Made by a program: the position numbers and the translations under genes. The notes beneath the pieces are model-generated. The model was not told where the DNA came from and ran no database searches. It worked only from the letters and a program-made list of their open reading frames with translations. This document shows, piece after piece, positions 13,607 through 23,388 of a DNA stretch of 64,000 nt. Position 1 is the first letter of the stretch. The number at the start of each line of letters is the position of its first letter. This stretch comes from Curvularia clavata. Its lineage: Eukaryota. The stretch lies in NCBI GenBank assembly GCA_023920165.1, contig CP089274.1:1178001-1242000 (forward strand), written 5' to 3'.

Positions 13607-15221
13607 ATGCCTCACGCCGCCCTCACCCGCGAATCGGTCGCCTCGCACAACAAGCCTGACGACCTGTGGTGTATTATCGACCACAAGGTCTACGATCTTA
13701 CGGACTTTGTCGACGCGCATCCTGGTGGCTCGGTTGTGCTCGAGCAAGTGGCCGGCCAGGATGCCACGACAGCCTTTTACAATCTGCATCGACAAGAGGT
13801 GCTGGAAAAGTACAGCGAGCTTTGCATTGGCACTATCGAGGGCGAAAAGTCCGAGGTGATTGTGCCCAAGCCCGGCGATCTGAGTCCTGTGCCATACGCA
13901 GAGCCCCTATGGTTACGTCCGCAGTTCAAGAGCCCGTATTTCAAGGAAAGCCATCGGGCGCTACAGCGGGAGATCCGCAAGTTCATCGACACGCATGTTA
14001 CGCCCGAGGCGCAGCAGAAGGAGAAGGATGGGACATATATCAGTCAAGAATTGATTGATAAGATGGCGGCAAACGACATGCTGGCCATGCGGCTAGGCCC
14101 GGGCAAGCATCTACACGGCAAGAATCTGCTGGGTGTAGTCAAGGGCGAGGAGTTTGACTACCTACATGATTTGGTGCAGGCCCAGGAGGGTGTCAGGGCG
14201 AATGCGAGGGGTTTCCAGGATGGAAATATGGCGGGCATGACAATCAGTCTGACGGCGGTGCTGCAGTGGATGCCCGAGTCGGAGCTCAAGACACGCGTGG
14301 TCAATGAGGTGCTGAGTGGAAAGAAGAAGATGTGTCTGGCCATCACCGAGGCATTTGCTGGGTCCGACGTCGCTGGCATCAGGACCACTGCGACCAAGAC
14401 AGCGGACGGAAAGCACTATATTGTACGAGGCACCAAGAAGTGGATTACTAACGGCATGTTCTGTGACTACTTTGTTGTTGGATGCAGGACTGACAAAGGC
14501 TTTTCGGTGCTGCTCGTCGAGCGCGACGAAGCGGTTGAAACGAAGCTGATCAAGACGAGCTACTCGACGACGGCGGGCACTTCATTTGTCGAGTTCAACA
14601 ACGCCAAGGTACCCGTGGACCACCTTCTTGGTGAGGAGCACAAGGGCTTTGTAGTCATTATGAGCAACTTCAACCACGAGCGCTTCATGATGGCGTGTGC
14701 TGTAATCCGACAGTCACGAACCGTGGTCGAGGAATGCCTCAAGTGGTGCAACCAGCGCATTGTCTTTGGCAAGAAGCTCATTGAGCAGCCGGCGATCCGC
14801 CAAAAGTAAGTCACTGAACCACTTCCAAGTACTGTAGTGTACAACAAAAAAAAGATGACGAGTTGCTGACCCAGGGATCCGCAGACTGGCAAAGATGATT
14901 TCTCACGTCGAGGCCAACCAGGCATGGCTCGAGTCGATTGCATACCAGATGACACACATGACGTACGCACAGCAGTCAAAGCTGCTGGGAGGCCCCATTG
15001 GGCTGCTCAAGTCGTTTGCTACGCGGTCAGCGCACGAGATTGCCGATGAGGCTGTCAACATTTTTGGAGGACGGGGACTGACGCAGAGCGGCATGGGACG
15101 GGTGATTGAGCAGTTCCACCGAACATACAAGTTTGATGCTATTCTGGGTGGCACCGAAGAGATCTTGGGTGACCTGGGTGTCCGACAGGCGATGAAGAAC
15201 TTTCCCAAGAGCATGCTGTAA
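13607..15221 (+). CDS. Acyl-CoA dehydrogenase with N-terminal cytochrome b5 domain; possible PTS1-like end (-SML)
   Basis: Cytochrome b5 heme motif (KVYDLTDFVDAHPGG), ACAD motifs (CLAITEAFAGSDVAG, GTKKWITNG, IFGGRG, AILGGTEEI) and intron 14806-14884. Confidence 0.95.
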
Positions 15222-15894
15222 AGCAGCTGCTTGAGGTGAGGTGTGGCGATATTCTTTCTTAGTTATGGCGGGAACCATGGTTCCCGGGGGCAGTGTAATG
15301 GACGTACGTACCAATAAATACAAGGCGTTGAATGGCAGCTGTCAGCGGGCCAAAAATGGCAATCTACATTTTTTTTTACTTTTTCAACAAACCTTAAGTC
15401 AAGCATGTTGGGGGGTTTGAGGTGGCACTGGAAGGATTCTAGAAGGCATTGGTGGCATTGCAGGCAAATGGCGATGCATGGGGTGGCTGGGGGGCACCTT
15501 GTTGGGGGAGGCGGTGGTGTGTTCCGGTACCAGGGATGATGGGCGGGTGGGGCGGTGCACGGCGATGACAGCATTGGGGCTGGGGTATCGAAGGCCAGAG
15601 AGGGCCGGAGCATTAGGCGTCGTGCATATCTCGGGGATTCCATGGGCGGCCAGACAGGTCGGGAGGTTTGGCGGCAGGGCGAGGCTGATGGATGAGACGG
15701 GGGCCGGGCACAGTCGCGCAATCGCAAACACTGGCGTAGTGAGAGTTGCTGTCACAGGCACCAGGGGCGGCGAGGTCAAGTCGGCAGGGCGGCGAAACGT
15801 GTCACATGGCCAGCAGAGGGCAGGCCAGGCCAGGGCAGGTCGGGCGAGGATGAGCTGTCCAGACATGTCCATGTGGATGGATGCATACATGTAT

Positions 15895-15921
15895 GTGGTG
15901 GTGGTGGTGGTGGTGGTGGTG
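15895..15921 (+). repeat. (GTG)9 microsatellite
   Basis: Read directly from the sequence. Confidence 0.9.
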
Positions 15922-16420
15922 GGTGCATGGCGGTGGGTGAGGATGCGCTGTACACTATGCATACCACATGCGTCCATTCACTGCTGGATTCCTCGCCTCA
16001 CTGTCATGGAAGAGGAAGACTATGCGGACATGGGCCGGCTAGTGGCACCCGCCCTGCATGGCGTGCGAGGCGAAAGACAGACAGGCCAAGGCCAGTCAGT
16101 GCGAACGCTGGCGGGCTCGAGTCGTGTGCAAAGCGCCATGACTGCTCGTCTTTATAAGCCCGCCCGGCTGCGTCACCTGCGCCCGCGACCCTCACATCAT
16201 TACTCACTCACTCACTCTCCTCGCTCACCCTCCCATATACATACACCTTACGTCTTGCCGCCGCAGATTCGCCGCGCCCACGTCATCGCCCCCCCGAGCC
16301 CACGACATCATCTGTCTGCCTGCCCTTATCTATCCCTCTCAAAGCCCACCACCTCTCTCTCCATCTGCTCTCCGGCTCGCCACATCACACCCTCAACGCA
16401 ACCACCACCACCACAACAAC

Positions 16421-17043
16421 ATGGCTCGCTCCCCCAGCATCAGCTCCTCCAGCTCAGAGTCCGAAGAGACCATGCAGATCTTCGTCAAAACCGTCTCCGG
16501 CACCAACAGTAAGTGCCAGCCTCCCCGTGGTTCCGAGCCTCGGAATGGTGCCTGCACCACCACCACCACCACCACCACACTCCACCCGCAACAATGCCAA
16601 CAAAGAACTAACCCCCTTTCGCAGCAATCCCTCTTACCATCCCCTCAAATACTTCGATAAGCACCCTCCGCTCCCTCCTCGCTCTGCGCACAAATATGCA
16701 CTCTCCCTCGGATCTGCGCATAGTCCACGCCGGCAAGCACCTCTCCTCTCCAGAAACAACCCTGTCCGACTACGCAATCGGCCCAAACTCGACCCTGCAT
16801 CTCGCCCTGCCCCTGCGCGGCGGCATGCCCCCCAAGAAGATCCGCTGTTCTTTCAAGGACTGCAAGGACCGCGCTCAGCCCATTGTCGGCGACTGCGGCT
16901 TCTGCACCGGCCACCACTGCAGTAAGCACCGCATGCTCGAGGACCACAAGTGCGAGGGCCTCGAGGATTGCAAGAAGGAGAGCCACAGCCGCAATGCCGA
17001 TAAGCTCAACAGCGAGCGCACCGTGGCCATCAAGGGCATTTAG
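16421..17043 (+). CDS. Ubiquitin-like domain ending in LRGG fused to an AN1-type zinc finger
   Basis: MARSPS..ETMQIFVKTVSGTN, then intron 16509-16624, then TIPLTIP...RIVHAGKHLS...TLSDYAIGPNSTLHLALPLRGG, then MPPKKIRCSFKDC...CGFCTGHHCSKHRMLEDHKC (AN1 Cys/His spacing). A second ATG lies at 16472. Confidence 0.9.
16555..16578 (+). repeat. (CAC)8 microsatellite inside the UBL-AN1 intron
   Basis: Read directly from the sequence. Confidence 0.9.
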
Positions 17044-19020
17044 ACATCTTTTTCCTTGGCGTCAAGCTCGCAAGCGTGTATACCAATGTCGGCGTCTGGA
17101 CTTTTGTTGTTGTACTCTTCTCTCTCTCTCTCTTCTTTTTTTTTGAGCGATTTGATGCGTCATCGGCGATTCATCATCTGCAGCTCGGCTGTTTGTCCTT
17201 TCCTTTGCCGTTCTCTCTCACCGTCCTACTTTCCATGGTCTTTTTGCGACTGCACGTGCTCGAAGGGTTTCTACGGGTGGTGCCATTTCCTTAACTCAGC
17301 CCGGGAGCCAACGGCGTTTTGTTTTCACATATCACATGGAAGTCAGTCTTGTGTCCTCGCTTTCCTACTGCGAGCGCAACGTTTGTTTTTCTCCTGCTTC
17401 CAAGGGGGCGATGCGAAAGTCTGGCTAGAAGGGGACAGCCTAGGTTAATGATGCAAATAAAGTCATAACATATTTACGTGTTTTGAATGTGTGAATACCT
17501 TATTGTCAAACTGGTCCCCATAATGTAGAGAGGCAGACATGGGATGATTACTGTGAACTCCAGCTACTCATCTCGTCCGACTTTGGTCTATATATAAACA
17601 AAGTTGCTGATCCAGTGCTTATAGCTAACCTCCTTTTAGCATCCTCGCCCTCTGCTCAAATCAAGCATGCCACTCACACCAATCCTTCCCTCCTCAATCT
17701 CCATAAATGCCATGTGCAATATTCTCTTTCACTACGTGTTCTTAACTTGACCCGCTTGATTGCCTCCACACATTACTCACAAAGTGCACCGAATGGGTGT
17801 CCAAATCTCGACTGGGTACGTAGATAACACCAGGTCACGTGTACATCAATGACGGACCTACTTGACACTAAGTTGGGATTTACGTCTGGGTACATGGAAG
17901 CGATGCGGTCAGAGAGCAGAATTCAGCCACGAGGGTCAAATCGACTTCGCATGACAGTTGCAGTAGCCCAGTGGACTGTGGCCATCAACAATGAGGCCAT
18001 GCCTTGTTTACACAAAAGGGGGTATTTGTCTTTTTACACTCCATGGCTATAACCGTCGAACCTTGGTACAAAAGAATTTTGGTACAAGCATTACCTCTAA
18101 GGCAGGCAGCTGTGATAGAAACATGGGATCCATGAAAAAAAAACAGGCATAATAATACATGGGATTGGACAACTAGTTTCGTATTACAGCTACGTGATTT
18201 TGTACATCACCACACGGTTCGTGAAACATGTGAGAATAGAAACGGCGTTGACGTATGCGCAACAAGACATAAGTATTACATGGCTGCTTTTATATTTTTG
18301 GATGTTTCCGAGATGCAAACGTGGTAAGACGATTAAGTACGCGATACTGGTGTTGTAGTGAAATTTAGAATTTTCAAAGCTGGTACGGTCCAAACGTAGG
18401 ATACGTCACGGCATACGGTTTCTTCTCCTTGGATTTCGACATGGAAAGCCGCACTGCCTCTTGGCTGAACTATGCTATGTTTTGTCGACTACAGAGTTTT
18501 GCTGATTGAGTTTGAAAAATCACGGTGTCATCCTCAGCCGAGTAGTCAAAAATAAATCACCATCAGCAACTTGATTTTATCTTTGAGTAGGAAAATGAAG
18601 CCGTCTAGGCGGGAAAAGAATATCTATGACCAAATCGGGAGGTACCACAGCACAACGCTCTCATTTCAGCTGCTGTTCAAGCCGGGTAAAGTGCCGAATC
18701 ATATGTTTAAGGGTAGCGGGGTTGAGGTTGAAACTGTTGTAGTTGTTAGTTATGTAGCCTTGAGTGTAGCGAGCAGCATATGAGGTGCTTCACAGGACAT
18801 TATCGGACGAGTGGCATATATGGTTTGGACAAGTTCATGGTGCAAAGCAGTTCGTCTTTTCACATATGGATTTGTTGCATCGATCGATAGAGATACGGGT
18901 TATCTTTATAGCAAACCATCCTTGACAAGGATCCTTTTCCTTGACGTAATAAGGAAGAAAAGATAATCGTATAGATAGGTGGTTGAAGTCCTAGAGACAG
19001 CCCTGAAAGGCCACTTCTTC

Positions 19021-19042
19021 CACACACACACACACACACACA
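19021..19042 (+). repeat. (CA)11 microsatellite
   Basis: Read directly from the sequence. Confidence 0.9.
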
Positions 19043-19312
19043 GACACACAGGTGACAGAGCCTCGGAGGAAAAAACCGTTGTAGAGAATGAAATAAGAGA
19101 TGAGACGAAATGCGTCTTAGTAATCGTGTTTACTCAACAACTTAGACTTCAGTATTCTTTACCCTCTTGCTCTGGAAGCTTCTTCGTACATGCCTGGCAT
19201 TACTTCTGCATTTCTCGGTAAATTTAGTTATGAATACAACATGTACTTGTAATATGAGTAGAACAGCGCCGTCTTGCCCATCGAGAGCGGCATAATCATG
19301 CCCCTTACTTAC

Positions 19313-20640
19313 ATCTCAACAGTTGTTCAACGCAGAAACGAAAACCGCTCTCGTAACGAGAATTGCCGGGCTAAGCGCATTTTCTCTACACTCTCCATCA
19401 GGCTCATGCGTGACGCGCGTATTGTTATGATAAGCGCACGCTCGTACATGGTAGCGAGTCTGGTCTTCCCACCCGAACATGAAAAGAAAACATGACAGAA
19501 CGACAAACCAATTGCTTTGTTTTCGTTTGTGTGACGACAGCTTCGTGGGGTGTTTGGCTCCGGGTTTGCTTGTTCCGGATCTGCACATAAAAGAACAAAC
19601 CATAACAAAAGCCGACGCGATGGACGGCAGATGTTGCCGGACGAAAAGGAACTCCAAGAGTGGGAGAGGTGTTTGCTTGCCCACGCCTGATGGTGGGTGC
19701 TTATCTGGCGACGCCGTCTGACTCAAGGAACCCCTCCTCGATCTCCTCGCTCGCCCCAGTGTCTGCCCAGCCCTGCTGTGCAAGCCCCCAATTTCCTTTT
19801 TGCGAACATGTCATTTCTCTCACCCTGATGGCGCTTGGGCAGACGCTTGGCTATTCGCGTCGGTAAGCCCATTACTCTAGTCCTGTGGACAGCTTGGGCG
19901 ACGTCAGAAACCCGGTGAAGTAGTTCCGCTGCCCAACCTGCAAGTGTATCACCGACGCTTATGTCGATGCGTATCCCTGCGCCACATGGTGTTGTTGAGC
20001 GCGAACGCCATGGGCAAATCCTGGGCTTTCCGCTCCGCCTCAAGCCAGCGCGTGTTAAGCTATAGCGACCCGATTCGCCTCGCTCTCAGCGCTGCCGTAC
20101 CGAGAGCTGACACTTACAAGGTTGTGTGCGTCGTCCCAGATCTTTACAGCTTCCATAGTAAAACGCCACAGATGATCCGGCCTTATTATGTCTTGTCGTA
20201 AGATTGGTGAGCGACACATTCAAGCCCGCTCGAGTGGAACTCCTGGTTCCAAGATTCCGCTCCGCCCTGGGGTCTTCTGACCTAAATCTGCGCCTCTGTG
20301 GGTGCGGGATCGCGCTCGAAGACGGGACTCGAGTGGCCTGATCTTGACAAACAGAAATTGGATGGAGCCCCAAGAGTTCGCCCCTGGTCGATCCTTGTGG
20401 CGTTCCGCTCGTATTTGTCTGTTTTTACCACTGCGTGATTGGTGGTACACGAACAAAGGTCCCACGAACCCCTTCCAGATGTCCTTTGAGAAGCGGACAT
20501 AGAGAGAACACCTACATGTGCTGTTTGGTGTTGGGTTGAGGTCTTGGCAAGATCACGTGGAACCACAGGAGCTATGCTGGCCGTAAACTCACAAACGGGC
20601 GATTGCCACACCTAAACTACCTCGTGAACTAACTTTCTCC
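19313..20640 (-). ncRNA. Candidate ~1.3-kb structured non-coding RNA with telomerase-RNA-like architecture (identity unproven)
   Basis: No credible ORF. More than ten nested helices found by hand, several with G-U pairs only on the minus strand. They include end-to-end pairing (20623-20634 with 19321-19332) and 20590-20597 with 19524-19531. A GTAAGT donor follows at 19312-19307. Confidence 0.5.
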
Positions 20641-23388
20641 TCGCGGATATAAAAGCTCGGGCTCGGGCTCATCTCCTATCACCGGCTAAACCTCGGGTAG
20701 GACTTTGAACTGTCATGCATTAGCCACCTACTTAGAAGTCAGTTTAGTCTTTCCTCTTATATGCTCCACATGAACACATTAAGTCCCAAGCATCTGGCTA
20801 CATATGAATCATAGTCAGGTCTTTTGTGCTGTCTTTACAGCGGAACTGGACAAACCTAAACATTCATTTGGCAATACTCGGCAGAAGGGAGCAATCTGGA
20901 TAGAAGAGATACATTCTTTGTTTAACCACCCAGAAGTGTTTACATGGCATCCATGTTACCGTATGATTGGTGTGAACTGCTCCAGTGATCCGTTCACCGG
21001 TGTCCCTGATGCCTACGCAGAACTGAGCCGGCCGCGCACGAAGGACTCGGACCTGGGGAATCGCTGCGCAATCTGCTCACCGCTCTCCACGCTGCATGAT
21101 ATCATTTAAGATGCAATATCTGGCACGGGGATCGCGTTGTGAGAAAGCCGTCCAAGTCCACCAATGCCCAGAGACGTCCACCTCACGAGACCTACTGTAG
21201 AACATGCCTGACGCAGGAAACGGGTCCAGAAAGGGTTGGTCCATGTGCTTCGCCATCATCTCAAGAGACTAGCCTCAGTCGCATGGAGGGTGACACAGCC
21301 AAGTGACCCCCATCGTGGCAATGTCCAAGTTCGTGTTACGAAACAGCGCAACGCACAAAATCTAGGTCAGATAACGGCGCTTTCGTGCGACGTTTGCCCG
21401 TTGCAGGAAGAGTAACTGATCGTTTCGGCATATAGGCTACGATTCTCGAAGCAAGAGATCTGCGAGAATCTAGGACGATCTTGGGCTAGGCAGAACCAGT
21501 TTCCACACAGCGCTGGAAACCGAGCTGTGGGCTCGTCTCGAAACAGAAATAAGGCTCGATCGGGACGTTTCTATGCGAAAGCTTCCTGAACGCGTAATTA
21601 TCCGGCCAGACAATGAAACTTGGCAAACCAAAGTCGCTCAGCATAGCGCCGCTGATCCCCAGATTTGATATTGCCTCCATTGTCTTCCCCATCAGACTCC
21701 ACTTTGTCTCATTCTCCGCGCCGTCGGCCAACACGATGTGGACCTTTTGCTGCTAGCCAATCAAGAGAGCATTGTATATCGCTCAACTAGTCATGGCGAC
21801 GTACGGTACAGAGTTCCCTGCAGTTTGTAACCGTCCCGAGTGCACCCGGGGTCGGGCCCATGAGAGTTGAACAACACGCGTTCATCGTCGTCATCGACCT
21901 GTCTTTAGTCGTTGGTTATTTGCCGTTGTCGCGGGAAATGACAAAGCATCGAAGTGTAGCGTGGGGCACACGGCACAAGCTGCTTTGTACGTACTTCAGT
22001 TTGATGCTTGGCAAAATACCCCTAGGCGTCGATCCCTGGGCATACGGTGCGGTTGTGGCTGTGCTGCAACTTAAGATAACGAAGCAACAGGCCGCACCGG
22101 GCCGCCGATCTTGTTACGCCTCTAGATTTAGCGTGTTTCCTGGGTGTTCCGTAGAGGAATTTCCTGCAACCTTGACCATATTCTTTTTGGGGGGGTATTT
22201 CCCGGAATAATATTCACGGACTCGGTCAGCTTGCTTCCATATTGCCAGACTTCAATCTGCTCATGTGCTGATGCTGCCCAGCGCTCCAGGGGCTTCAGCG
22301 GTAATACCTGCAGGACACTCGTCTTCTACCCTGGCAACATAAGTGGACCAGCCAAGGCGGAATTGTGCATCATTTCTTAGGCGCCTCTTGGCCCTTGTGT
22401 GCCCTACCGATCCAATCGAGCCGCATCTTCGAGCCTCCCGCTGACACGCTGCCAAGCGTAAACAGCCCGCTCCGCCATTCAACTCAACCTTGTTTGGCGC
22501 CTCGACTCCTATCACACTCCACACAACGCCCACGCCCATCGGGCCATGTTTGTTCTGTGGAACAGACCAAGGTTGCTCAACCTGCAAGTAACCTTGATAA
22601 CTAGAAAGAGAATTATGGCATAGGTACACTACCATGGTTAGCTGCACCTCATGTAAAACCGCCGAGCGTAGGGCACAGTCGAAATGAAATAGCGGCAGCG
22701 CCCAAGACGATTAGATGAGTCAGGTCACAAATAGCAAAGTGGGAGAAACACTCCTGTTGGATGTTGTGGATGGCATAGCCTCGCTACAACAACCGGCCGC
22801 ATGGGAGCCCAAACATAGCATGTGCCGGAATATCCTCGCCCGCAGATCGTTTACCACCAGATCAGCACCTTGTCTGGCTCGAGCTTTGGGCCGCACTACG
22901 CCGGAAGCCTCTCTATCAAGGTAATGAGATATACCCTGTTGCCGGCGGAGTCTCAAAGCCCGTGTTGTCTTGGCTTCTCTTGGTCTTGCACCCTTGCGGT
23001 GCTTGTGCGTGACGGCATTCATCCCCCCATTTGTTTGACGCCCACGTCACTATGGAAAATGTCAGCCACACTTTACATGGGAGTTGCGTTTGTGCTCAGT
23101 AGGTGTGGAGCCGTGAGGGAACCCTTGGTCAATCGGTGCCTTAGGCCCATGTCCCACATCCAGGACTGACACCCGCCCACGTATTGTACTTATATCTTCC
23201 TCCACCGCTTTGACTTTTGGTCAAACTGTACCATCCCACCGTTAGTGTGCGCATTTGAGCGCTTCCCCTCCAACACGCATCAGCTGTGTTGAGCACCTTG
23301 TCACATACTACGTCAACGTTTTCCCTTGCTTCAGTGCAATCCTGCTGCTTTCCCTTCACAGTCCAGAACTCCAGGAACAATCGCCACA

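Noticed and set aside
15421..15460. GGTGGCA (Rpn4/PACE-like) twice and a partial heat-shock element upstream of UBL-AN1
   Set aside because: Incomplete matches about 1 kb from the ATG, next to the ACAD 3' UTR; too weak to call.
15478..16512. 344-aa plus-strand ORF and overlapping minus-strand ORFs upstream of UBL-AN1
   Set aside because: Low-complexity, GC-skewed promoter sequence with a microsatellite-derived poly-Val; no domain-like content.
19860..20035. GGAAAGCCCA / TAATGGGCTTAC resembling RNase P/MRP P4 (CR-I/CR-V)
   Set aside because: Lacks the conserved bulged U in P4 and the GARAR P8 loop, and both strands have alternative local partners.
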